Below, piece after piece: positions 36,928 through 46,324 of a DNA stretch of 49,166 nt; the first letter of the stretch is position 1; the number at the start of each line of letters is the position of its first letter. The translations under genes were made by a program, and so were the position numbers. The notes beneath the pieces were generated by a model. It was not told where the DNA came from and ran no database searches. It worked only from the letters and a program-made list of their open reading frames with translations. The stretch covers positions 1 to 49,166 of the IMG/VR virus record IMGVR_UViG_3300037506_000042. The stretch is one strand, 5' to 3'. The DNA is from a virus. Its lineage: Duplodnaviria; Caudoviricetes.

Positions 36928-37274
36928 ATGGTCTACGGTGGATGATGAACACGCGTTGCAAGGTCGAGCGCCTGAGCTATTCGGGCGGCAAGATTGACGC
37001 GCCTGTGCTTGTCGACGCCGGTGCGCTGTTTACGCCCATCGAGCCCATCACTACTGAACTGCAACAGCGCTTTGTGCTCGACACGCCGGCGCGATTGTTT
37101 CAATCGTTCACGATGTGTGCTGAAGTTCAAGCCGGCGACACGCTGACTGCGCCAGACGGCGCGAAATACAGCGTGTCTGGCGTAGACGATTGGCAGGAGC
37201 ACGGAAGTCGTAGCAGCTCGGCGCTTGGTCGATACAAGGTTGTTGCGCTTACGCGGATTGAGGTGCAAACGTGA
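36924..37274 (+). CDS. Head closure/stopper protein
   Basis: VQAGDTL...DGAKYSV; position. Confidence 0.65.
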   Translation: MNGLRWMMNTRCKVERLSYSGGKIDAPVLVDAGALFTPIEPITTELQQRFVLDTPARLFQSFTMCAEVQAGDTLTAPDGAKYSVSGVDDWQEHGSRSSSALGRYKVVALTRIEVQT

Positions 37275-37642
37275 TTGACGCAAAGATGAACATTTCGGGC
37301 ATCCAACAGGCGCAGGCGTTAAACGCTGACCTTGTGGCGATGTTAGAGCCAACAGGCGCTTCCGGTAAGGTCGTAAGGCACGTAGCTATTGGTCTACAGC
37401 GTCATGCAATTGCATATACGCACGTAGACACTGGAGCACTTAGAGCATCACACCGGGTTAAGGTATCTGGTATAAACGGACTCGTGTATTTGGACCCGGT
37501 GGCAAAAAACCCACGAACCGGTCAGCAGACGGCTGAGTATGGCGTGTACGAGCACGAGCGCGGCGGAGAACATGCGTTTTATGACTTGGCTGTCGAGCAT
37601 GCAGACGCGCTCATCATTGAAGCCGTGGGACTGTTCTTATGA
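37271..37642 (+). CDS. HK97 gp10-like neck/tail completion protein
   Basis: HVDTGALRAS and EYGVYEH motifs. Confidence 0.75.
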   Translation: MIDAKMNISGIQQAQALNADLVAMLEPTGASGKVVRHVAIGLQRHAIAYTHVDTGALRASHRVKVSGINGLVYLDPVAKNPRTGQQTAEYGVYEHERGGEHAFYDLAVEHADALIIEAVGLFL

Positions 37643-38118
37643 GCACAAGACGCGAAGAAATCGCAGCGGCTCTTAAGTCTCTATACGTGGCCGAGTTTGA
37701 CGGAGTGACGCTTGACAGCGGTCAGACCGTGGCGGCAATATATGACAAGTTGATACCTGACGTTGAGAAGCGATCTCCTGTCATTGTCATCGCAGCGGAC
37801 GGAACAGACCGTAGCGGGCGCGTGATACCGGACGGGTATGCAGTCTACGGCGCGTCGCCTGTCGCGTATCTGTATCGCGTTGTCGTCATGGTAATGATTG
37901 CGTCGCGAGACATGAAACCTGGATACACGGCATCTAAAGCGTATGAAGTGCTCAGCGAAATCGAGGAACGCGTAGGCAACATACACGAAAGTAACGAAGA
38001 GCTAGAAAATAGGTGGCGCGTGCTGACACAGCAACGCGAATCGAATATCAGAACAGTAAGCTTGGAGGATGGAACTGTGTATTTGCGTGAGGAAATACCA
38101 ATCGCCATCTATCCATAG
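37639..38118 (+). CDS. Tail terminator-like protein
   Basis: Size and position before the tail tube; MSTRREEIAAAL start. Confidence 0.6.
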   Translation: MSTRREEIAAALKSLYVAEFDGVTLDSGQTVAAIYDKLIPDVEKRSPVIVIAADGTDRSGRVIPDGYAVYGASPVAYLYRVVVMVMIASRDMKPGYTASKAYEVLSEIEERVGNIHESNEELENRWRVLTQQRESNIRTVSLEDGTVYLREEIPIAIYP

Positions 38119-38148
38119 TAAGCATCTAAGTACATTGAGGTAATAAAA

Positions 38149-38841
38149 ATGGCAAAAGAAGTGGTGGCCGCAAAAGGCAAAGATGCAGTTATTGGAATCC
38201 GCCCGAAGCAGACCGGTTTTCTGACCGGCACGACGACATATTTGGAAGTCGACGGGTATAGCGAAGGCGCAAACCTGTCGTGGGAACGCACTGTGGAAAC
38301 GCAAGAAGCGTATGGCAGTGACGGTCTGGTTGTGGGTGGTGGCGCCGAGCAATCGTTTGAAGCAACCGTGTTTATCTTCCAAGACCCAGGCATGATTGGC
38401 GCGGTCACGATTGGCGCTCCGGGAACAGGTTACACGTCTGCGCCTTCGGTTTCTTTCGCTGCTCCGCCGGTTGCGACAGGCAACCGCACCGCGACGGGTG
38501 TTGCGATTGTCAACAGCGCCGGCCAGCTTGTTGACATCTTCATCACTGACCACGGGCGCGGTTACGTGACAGCGCCGGCGATCACACTTTCAGGTGGCGG
38601 CGGCACTGGCGCGGCGGCTACCGCGGTTGTTGGTGGCATGTCTGACTTCAATCTTTACAAACATGCATATCAAGGAGATATGGAAGTTCAGTTCTCGCCT
38701 GCTGGAAAAGCCACAGGAAACAGCCGATACACGTTCTCCTTCACCGTAGAGTCGGGGAGCATCGAACCCGCCGTTAACGGAGTGATTTCCATTCTGCTTT
38801 CGGGAAAGTGCGGCACTGTCACCGCTGACAAGTGGCCGTAG
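38149..38841 (+). CDS. Major tail tube protein with an inserted Gly-rich domain
   Basis: Two GxGYxxAPxV/I repeats inside the gene; followed by hairpin 38856-38890. Confidence 0.75.
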   Translation: MAKEVVAAKGKDAVIGIRPKQTGFLTGTTTYLEVDGYSEGANLSWERTVETQEAYGSDGLVVGGGAEQSFEATVFIFQDPGMIGAVTIGAPGTGYTSAPSVSFAAPPVATGNRTATGVAIVNSAGQLVDIFITDHGRGYVTAPAITLSGGGGTGAAATAVVGGMSDFNLYKHAYQGDMEVQFSPAGKATGNSRYTFSFTVESGSIEPAVNGVISILLSGKCGTVTADKWP

Positions 38842-38905
38842 TCTAGTTACTAACGCGCGGTAGCCGCCGTATGGTGCGGCGGCTACCGCGCTCACATCGC
38901 AACAC

Positions 38906-39552
38906 ATGGCAAAGAAGAACGCAGAGCAAATCGACACACCGAACGATGAATCCCTATCCGCTACCGAAGCGACCAGGGAGGGCAACGACATACCACGCAA
39001 AGGCCGGCGGTGGTTTTCGCAAGCGCCAAATGTGCAGGCCACGACAAAGCCGGAGCGCGTTTGGTTTCATGGCGACCTTGAGGGCGAATGGTACGAGTGG
39101 GTGCCTGCGTCAATCGTGTTGTACGACAGGGCAATCTCAGAAGCACTAAAAGACATCCGCGGGAACTCAGGAGATGAGAAAGTTATCCGACCTATGCTTG
39201 CATCAAAGATGATTACTTCTTGGTCGCTTGAATACGAAGAAGGAAAGCCCGTTCCGATTGAATACGGGATTATTGCCCAGGCGGGCGGTGCATTTCTTGC
39301 GGGTATCAATCCAGTACTAGACGCGGCTTTTGATTTTTTGTTGCTTCGCAGCTAGAAGAAGATACGCCAGGTGAGCTGGCGCTAATGGTAAAGAAGCTTG
39401 GCAAGACAAGGCCACCAGAAGACTTTACCACTGCTCTAATGGTGTGGAAGTTTGGATGGTTCCCCGGCTGGATTGAAAGCTACCCAGATCAAGCTCGGCT
39501 CATGCGCATATTCAGGTTAGCGTCAGCGATAGAGACGGCTGCGAACGGTTAA
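38906..39552 (+). CDS. Tail assembly chaperone (38906-39355) with -1 frameshift extension to 39552
   Basis: Slippery T TTT TTG at 39334-39340; the -1 frame is open to TAA at 39552, just before the tape measure start. Confidence 0.75.
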
Positions 39553-39558
39553 CACATC

Positions 39559-42500
39559 ATGGCAAACGCAAACCGCCGCATTACTATTGAAATTGAAGCA
39601 ATCACGCGCGGAGCGTCAAGCGTCAAGGCGCTTGGCAGCGAATATGAGAAAGCTGTAGCAAAAGCGCGGAACTCTTTAGCTGCACTGAAAAGCGGCGGCA
39701 AAGAAATAGAGCGCTCAGTCATACAGAGCGCGCGTGCATATGAGAATCTAGGCAGACAGATAGACAAGATAAACGCCAAACGCGATGCACTTGGTAAAAA
39801 GCTAAACGACTCTGGTGCGAGTGTAAACAAAGCGCAGTTTGTAGCGATGACAAGTCAGATTGTCAAAGCCGGAGATGCTGTTGATAGGCTGAAGTCAAAA
39901 CAAGACGGGATAGCAAACGATGCCGCGAAAATGCAGAAATCATACGCGCAGAACGTTAACGCGATTCGCCAGGCAGAAGCGGCACTTTCACGCATGACAA
40001 GCACTCAGCGTCGCGTATTTGAGGCGGTTCGCGGAGGCGCTTTATCAGTTGGCCGTGACATTTTGCGATCGTTTACCAACGCTGGCCGTCAAAGCGTGCG
40101 TAGCTTTGATCCGGTGCGCCGCGCGCTTGACACAATCGGGCGTGTCAAACTGTCGCCAGACTTTCGCGTAAACATTGACCCTCTGACGGGTGGTCTGACG
40201 CGTGCTATCGCGTTAGGCACAATTCTTGCTAACACGCTGCTAGGAATAGGCAAGGCTTCTCTAAACTTTGCTGTGTCGAATATTGGCGCAGGCGTAAACG
40301 CTGTTGGCACGCTAGAGCGCTTTGATTTGCTCGTTGGCACTATCGCGGAACAGCAGGCGCTTGAAAACAACACCGTCAAAGAACGAGTTCGTATCGGTAC
40401 AAAGTTGTTGACCTCAGAGGAACAACGAGTTGCTGCAGGCGAAAAAGCAATAAAGAACTCTGTCACTGAGTCAGACTTGCAACGCGGCTTATACGACATT
40501 GAGCGCGCGCGCCTCTCTCTAGAAGCAGATCGGCTAGACGTCGCAGAATATAAGCCCGGAAAGCGTGATAGTGATGCGCGTTCTGATCTTGAATTTCGCC
40601 AGGCTTTGCTTAACGTTCGCGGAAGCGAATTGCAACTTGCAGAAGCACAGGCGGACTACGACAAACTATCCACCAAAGCCGCCGAGCAGCGCGAGCAGGC
40701 GCTTAAGTTTATACCACGTGTCATACCGCAGTACAAGACGATTACGAAAGTCACAGCGACAGAAACGGAACTTTTAGAGCAACAGGCGCGCATAAAGCAG
40801 GACATTCTTAAGTGGAACAAGCAGCTTACGATCAACTCGCCGTTTACGCGTGAGCAAGTGTCTAACGCTTTCGTTTTGGCGCAGACATACGGGTTTAGCG
40901 TTGACCAGGCAAAGTCACTGACAGAACAGCTTGTAGATTACTCTGCAGCTACAGGAAAGACAAGTGAACAAGTTGAAGGCATAGCGCGAGCACTAGGACA
41001 GGTTAAAGCAGAGGAAAAGTTGAAAGGGCAAGAAGTTTTGCAGCTAGTCAACAACGGCGTTCCGCTATACAAAATTCTCTCAAAAGAGCTTGACAAGACG
41101 GTGTCAGAGCTTAGGGAAATGGGAGAGCAAGGCAAGCTTACTGCAGATGTTGTTATTCCTGCTCTGCAGAAGTACTTTAAAACGTTTGAAGGTAAAGGTG
41201 CAAAATCTTCGCGAGAAACTATAGGCGGCATCATTTCTTCCTTTAGCGATCTGCGCGAATTCAACCTTGCCTCTCTTTTTGAACCTGCTACAACTCAGTT
41301 AAAGCCTGTTCTGCTCGACTTGCTAGACTTTCTGTCAAGCGAAGAAACAGACAAACTATTTCGCAGAATAGGTGAAAGCATAGCTAAACCAATCAAAGCG
41401 GTAAAGCTTTTCTCTAACGCTATAAAGAACGGGTTTAGCGTAATTGACAGTATCCGATCAACTGTCACAAACCTCTTTCCAGACGTAGACCTAAACCAGC
41501 TAGAAACCATTTTGGCCATTCCGCGCGAGCTTGAATCAGTCAAAAATGCATTCCTCAAAACGAATCTAGGCAAACTCATAACAGACATACCTAAAAAGTT
41601 TGGGCAATTTGCAAGCAATGCGCGCATAGAGTTTGAGCGCCTAAAAACGGCGTTCAACATTGACGGAGTAAAAGGAGTGTTTCAATCTCTCGGCTTTGAT
41701 TCAAGCACTGCATCAAAGATAGAATCGATTGCAAATGCTATCGGCAAAATCGGTCAAGGTGTTTTAGATCTTGACGGCAACAAAATCAAAAACGCGGTTT
41801 CCGATATTGCCTCAACTGTTTTCGAATCAATAAGAGACAGTAACATAGGTCAAAAAATCGCTGATGGTTTCAAAAGCGTTTTGATTTCAGCCGGCCAAGG
41901 CATTTACAACGCGTTTTCAGAAGGCGGCATAGCAAGTCAAGCAATCAATGGACTTGCTACATCCTTGAGCAATCTTGCATCGCAAGCTGCAAGCAAGTTT
42001 TCGGAGTTGAAGGTTGGCGAGAAAATAGCATCTGGAGCTCGCAGTTTAGTAGGAGAGGTCGGTAAGTCTATTCGTGAATTTGTTATCAGTGCAGTAGATC
42101 CACAAAACGTTATTGATGACAAAGTTGCAAAGCAAATAGGCGACACGGTTATTAAAATAGGCGGTTTTCTTCTTGAATCTGCGCTTAGACTTGGTCAAAG
42201 CATCGACGCAGCGTTAGGTGCTGTTTTGTATCGCATAATCAACGAGTTGAGAAAAGGCATTGTAAGGGTGTCTACTGATGCTTCGCGCGCAATAGTTGAC
42301 GCTTTGACAGGAATGCTCAAAAACGCTTTTAGCGTTCTTGAGAAAACCAACAATGCAATTGGATTAAACATAATCCCTATTCCAGATTTTGACAAAGTAA
42401 ACTCGGATTTGAAGAGGATACTAGACGCAGGTTCTAAGGCGTCAATAAGCGCGATAGATAGTCAGCTTTCAGAAGACCTAAAAACACTGCGCGATGCTGC

Positions 42501-43389
42501 AAACAAACGAGACAAAGAAATACTGCAGCTTTTCGGAGCAACAAGCGTAACGTCGAAAATTCCTGTTGGAATTCCTGTTCAAGTTCAGCAACAAATAGGA
42601 GCGGGTTCTGCAAATGCTGCTAGCGCAGCTTTTGATGAGTCGATTTTTACAGCGCAGCAAAAAGCGCAAGCGTTTAAGCAAAATATTGGTGTTCAAGCGA
42701 CATCTATCAAAGACACTGTCGGATTGACAACAACAGATGTAGTACAAAAATTCGACTCGATGTCGACAGCAATAGAAAGCTCAACAACTACAGCTTTTGA
42801 AAACGTAAACTCGGTGATTGGCTCAAAAGGTAATGAAATAAGAGGTACAGTAGATGGAACAATCAAAGGCATTAAGCAAGAATGGATTGTTAACGCAGAT
42901 TGGCCAATTCTTGGGGTCGAATTTGTAAACGGCATAATCAAAGGCATTGACAGACAAGAGACAGCGTTGTATAGACGAATACGCGCGCTTATTGCACAAT
43001 CAATTACAGTCGCAAAAGAAGAAGGCGGTATAAGGTCGCCTTCAAAAAAGACTGAATTCGAAGTCGGATTGCCGATGGGTCAAGGCATAGAGAAAGGCAT
43101 ACTAAGAACAGTTGAAAGCGTAAAATACGCTATGCAAAATCTTGTAGCATCAGGCATAAACTCTGGAGCAAACGCAGTAGGAAATGTATATACACAGACT
43201 TCACCGTCGGCAATTTCCGCACAGTTTCCTAGATACATTTCGAGCGCAAGTCAGTCTCGCTTTGTTGCTGATTCATATGCGCCAAGTCGTTCAGTCGTCT
43301 TTAGCGGCCCAGTGAATGTGCGCAATGATTCAGACATTAAGCAGATTGCTTGGCAGGTCGGCGCAGTAATGGCAAGAATGGCGAGGTAA
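39559..43389 (+). CDS. Tape measure protein
   Basis: 1276 aa helical; tape-measure domain (SPFTREQV...ARALGQV...EVLQL...GVP) and GIRSPSK motif. Confidence 0.93.
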   Translation: MANANRRITIEIEAITRGASSVKALGSEYEKAVAKARNSLAALKSGGKEIERSVIQSARAYENLGRQIDKINAKRDALGKKLNDSGASVNKAQFVAMTSQIVKAGDAVDRLKSKQDGIANDAAKMQKSYAQNVNAIRQAEAALSRMTSTQRRVFEAVRGGALSVGRDILRSFTNAGRQSVRSFDPVRRALDTIGRVKLSPDFRVNIDPLTGGLTRAIALGTILANTLLGIGKASLNFAVSNIGAGVNAVGTLERFDLLVGTIAEQQALENNTVKERVRIGTKLLTSEEQRVAAGEKAIKNSVTESDLQRGLYDIERARLSLEADRLDVAEYKPGKRDSDARSDLEFRQALLNVRGSELQLAEAQADYDKLSTKAAEQREQALKFIPRVIPQYKTITKVTATETELLEQQARIKQDILKWNKQLTINSPFTREQVSNAFVLAQTYGFSVDQAKSLTEQLVDYSAATGKTSEQVEGIARALGQVKAEEKLKGQEVLQLVNNGVPLYKILSKELDKTVSELREMGEQGKLTADVVIPALQKYFKTFEGKGAKSSRETIGGIISSFSDLREFNLASLFEPATTQLKPVLLDLLDFLSSEETDKLFRRIGESIAKPIKAVKLFSNAIKNGFSVIDSIRSTVTNLFPDVDLNQLETILAIPRELESVKNAFLKTNLGKLITDIPKKFGQFASNARIEFERLKTAFNIDGVKGVFQSLGFDSSTASKIESIANAIGKIGQGVLDLDGNKIKNAVSDIASTVFESIRDSNIGQKIADGFKSVLISAGQGIYNAFSEGGIASQAINGLATSLSNLASQAASKFSELKVGEKIASGARSLVGEVGKSIREFVISAVDPQNVIDDKVAKQIGDTVIKIGGFLLESALRLGQSIDAALGAVLYRIINELRKGIVRVSTDASRAIVDALTGMLKNAFSVLEKTNNAIGLNIIPIPDFDKVNSDLKRILDAGSKASISAIDSQLSEDLKTLRDAANKRDKEILQLFGATSVTSKIPVGIPVQVQQQIGAGSANAASAAFDESIFTAQQKAQAFKQNIGVQATSIKDTVGLTTTDVVQKFDSMSTAIESSTTTAFENVNSVIGSKGNEIRGTVDGTIKGIKQEWIVNADWPILGVEFVNGIIKGIDRQETALYRRIRALIAQSITVAKEEGGIRSPSKKTEFEVGLPMGQGIEKGILRTVESVKYAMQNLVASGINSGANAVGNVYTQTSPSAISAQFPRYISSASQSRFVADSYAPSRSVVFSGPVNVRNDSDIKQIAWQVGAVMARMAR

Positions 43390-43391
43390 GA

Positions 43392-44750
43392 ATGTATTCG
43401 CTTGTAATATCGCGTGGATATCCTTCGTTGTCTGTTAATCTAAATGACGAGACAGGCAGTAATACAACACTGCTTAGATACATACCGTCTACGCCATCTC
43501 TTGATGATAAAGGAGCTGTTCGAGATGTCGCAGAACAGCTGGTTTTCAAATATTCAGTCGATACATCAACACCATCATCGCAATTAGCAGGCGAAGCAAA
43601 TGCGCGTTCTGTGGTTAGAAACCTAAACCGAATATTTACAAGTGCGCAGCTAGCGCGAAAGAGAAGATCTAAAAAGGGCAGGGCGGTTATCAGGTTCCAG
43701 GTTAGGCAGTCAGATGCTGAGTTTTACGCTGAAATACACAGCGGATATGCAGCATTCTCTTCCTTTTCTTCCAACTACTACGAAATAACAGTTTCCTTTA
43801 TAAGGGAGCCGTATCTAACAAGCTCAACCGAGCAGCAGCTGCCTATAAACAACTCTACATCTGCTGTAGAGTTTTTAAACAAAGGCAACAACTCTTATTC
43901 ACTTGATGCATCGTCGTTGTCTGGTGACATGCCTTCTCCTATTAGACTAGAAATGACTCTCGTGAACACTACTAACTCTTCGGAAGTTTTTGCGGGAATT
44001 CACGTTGGCTCTTCTTCCTGGTCTGGAAAGCTCGAGGCAGAATCTGGAAGTGTTCCGTTTGGCGCAGACTGTCCAGTGACGGCTGTTTCTGGCAGTTCAA
44101 ACGGTAACGTTAGAAGATGCACAGTTCTGTCATACCCGGATCAAAACGGTTTAATACCGATTTCGTCGTATAAGATCATTGAGTGGAGTTTGTCTCCATC
44201 TGACGTTGCATCAATAGACGGTAGAAGAATGAAGCCTTTTTTGAGGCTTTTTTCAAGCTTTCCTGTTAACGACTTGCAGTTTGCTGTCAGCGGTTCTCAC
44301 CAATACATCACCGCATCTCCATACAAATATTGGGTAGAGCTACCGTCTATTGCAATTCCGAGTCAATCTGTAATAGGCTCGTCTTCAGACGACGGAGAGA
44401 GTTTTAAAATCACTTTGTATGCGCGAAAAATGAGTTCAGTCAATCAATCTGTTGATGTTGACTTCATTTGCTTTGTTCCGCTCGATTTGAATCGTCGCTA
44501 CAAGTGCTCAAGTTTCTTGCAAAATCAAACGCTACACGATGATCCTTATGAAGACGTATCGTATGTAAGAACGACTGACACACCGCCTAGGAGGATTTCA
44601 TCAGTTGTTCCTATCGGTCACAATCTCCTTGTTTATCCAGGAGAATCGCACAGAATAACGATAGTTCAAGATGGTCTAAACACAGACTACAACGACCCCA
44701 GGAGTCTTACAGTGAAAGCATATGCTAGACCCAGGCGGTTCAACCTATGA
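43392..44750 (+). CDS. Distal tail (Dit)-like protein
   Basis: Follows the tape measure gene; FIREPY, GDMPSP, C-terminal YARPR. Confidence 0.65.
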   Translation: MYSLVISRGYPSLSVNLNDETGSNTTLLRYIPSTPSLDDKGAVRDVAEQLVFKYSVDTSTPSSQLAGEANARSVVRNLNRIFTSAQLARKRRSKKGRAVIRFQVRQSDAEFYAEIHSGYAAFSSFSSNYYEITVSFIREPYLTSSTEQQLPINNSTSAVEFLNKGNNSYSLDASSLSGDMPSPIRLEMTLVNTTNSSEVFAGIHVGSSSWSGKLEAESGSVPFGADCPVTAVSGSSNGNVRRCTVLSYPDQNGLIPISSYKIIEWSLSPSDVASIDGRRMKPFLRLFSSFPVNDLQFAVSGSHQYITASPYKYWVELPSIAIPSQSVIGSSSDDGESFKITLYARKMSSVNQSVDVDFICFVPLDLNRRYKCSSFLQNQTLHDDPYEDVSYVRTTDTPPRRISSVVPIGHNLLVYPGESHRITIVQDGLNTDYNDPRSLTVKAYARPRRFNL

Positions 44751-46321
44751 TATTTGCTGATTTTGATCGTGAGTATCCTTATAGCTTGCGCTATCAGGTT
44801 GATAGCAAAACAGACTCGGAGCAAGGAGGCCCCGAGATTGCAGACATAAGCGTAAAGGGCGGACCAGAAGAAGTAAACGATATTGAGGCGTTAATCTATC
44901 TTCTAGATTCTCCAGTCACTCTGTACGATGAATCAGGTGACAAAACTTGGTGGGGATACGTTGAAGAAGTAGAAATATCAAGAGGAAACGTGTCTTTTGG
45001 CGTGTCTCTTGACGGAATGTCCAACCGAGTGATGGTATCTTACAGTGATGATACAGGAGCAAGGGGAGATACTTTATGGGCTCAAGACAACGATTCAGTA
45101 AGCAGATATGGAGAAAAAGAAGTTAGATATACAGTCTCCAACATGGACGCAGCCGCAGCAGTACTAAAAAGAGACTCTGTGCTTTCCGAGTTCGCAAGGC
45201 CCTCTCCTATCGCAAGTTTCAGCAGGAGCACTAACAACAGCGAAGACATCATTACAGCAAAGATAAAGTGCGCGGGGTGGTGGCAGCGCATGGAGTGGAG
45301 ATACTATGAAAACTATGATGGTGTTATTGAATCTGCAAACGCTGAAGGAAGTGGCGCTCAAAACTTTGGTGAAGGTTCTGGAATAGTTGCAGTTGCACAG
45401 ACTGGCCCCTTTTCTGGATCAAACAGGTTTAAGCATATCGAGTTGCCTTTACAAAAAATTGGTGATCCTGTCATTGGGTATCCAACTGATAGCGTGATGG
45501 TTTCTATAAAAGATGGCACGGAAACATCAACTCAAATATCAACCGCCCTTTTCTCAGCGTCAGACATTCCGAGTGATGGGATAAAATGGGTTAAAGCAGA
45601 TCTTGTCCCTCCCATTTACGCTACGGGAGGAGACCCGGTAACTGTTGTAGTACAAAGGTCTAATCCTGCTGGCGATCCAGACAGATATTACAGGATTCAG
45701 ATAGACGAAACCAGAAGCTATGACACTGCTTCAATGAAAGTAAACCTTTCTGGAACATGGCAATCAGGCGGAATACCAAACAACGGCAATATGTGCTTTA
45801 GGCTTCTTGCTCCTGAGCCAACTACAAGCCAGATAAAGTCTGCAATAGTTAAGTATGCTAACAGATACTTTGTAGCGGTAGACGTGCTAGTAGCTTCAGA
45901 CATTGAAACTGTAGCCTTTTCAGATGGTGACAAGTTGCTGATTGATGAAATAGAAAAGCTGATTGACATCAGCAGAAAATCTATATTGCCGCTTCAGGCT
46001 ACAGTAACGCAAGACAATAGAATAGAGATTACATACAGAAGTCAGAAACTTGTTTACATCAAGTCTGACGGGAGTATATTTGACGAGTTAGGCACTCCAA
46101 TACGAGCATCTGATTGTAAAGCAGGCTTTACATACAGAAGTTTGGATGTTTTGCCAACTCTTGAAGACAACTACAACTATAGTTCTGTAACTTTTGCTAG
46201 AGCATCGCGAGTCGAATACTCTGCAAATTACGATTCCGAAGGCAATTTTGTTAGCGAAACCGTTAACATTGTCCCTGTAGGGGCAAGAGACCCTTTTAGC
46301 GCAGAACTCGAGCAAGGATAA
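44747..46321 (+). CDS. Tail hub/baseplate protein
   Basis: WWGYVEEV and DSVSRYGEKE motifs; position. Confidence 0.7.
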   Translation: MIFADFDREYPYSLRYQVDSKTDSEQGGPEIADISVKGGPEEVNDIEALIYLLDSPVTLYDESGDKTWWGYVEEVEISRGNVSFGVSLDGMSNRVMVSYSDDTGARGDTLWAQDNDSVSRYGEKEVRYTVSNMDAAAAVLKRDSVLSEFARPSPIASFSRSTNNSEDIITAKIKCAGWWQRMEWRYYENYDGVIESANAEGSGAQNFGEGSGIVAVAQTGPFSGSNRFKHIELPLQKIGDPVIGYPTDSVMVSIKDGTETSTQISTALFSASDIPSDGIKWVKADLVPPIYATGGDPVTVVVQRSNPAGDPDRYYRIQIDETRSYDTASMKVNLSGTWQSGGIPNNGNMCFRLLAPEPTTSQIKSAIVKYANRYFVAVDVLVASDIETVAFSDGDKLLIDEIEKLIDISRKSILPLQATVTQDNRIEITYRSQKLVYIKSDGSIFDELGTPIRASDCKAGFTYRSLDVLPTLEDNYNYSSVTFARASRVEYSANYDSEGNFVSETVNIVPVGARDPFSAELEQG

Positions 46322-46324
46322 ACA

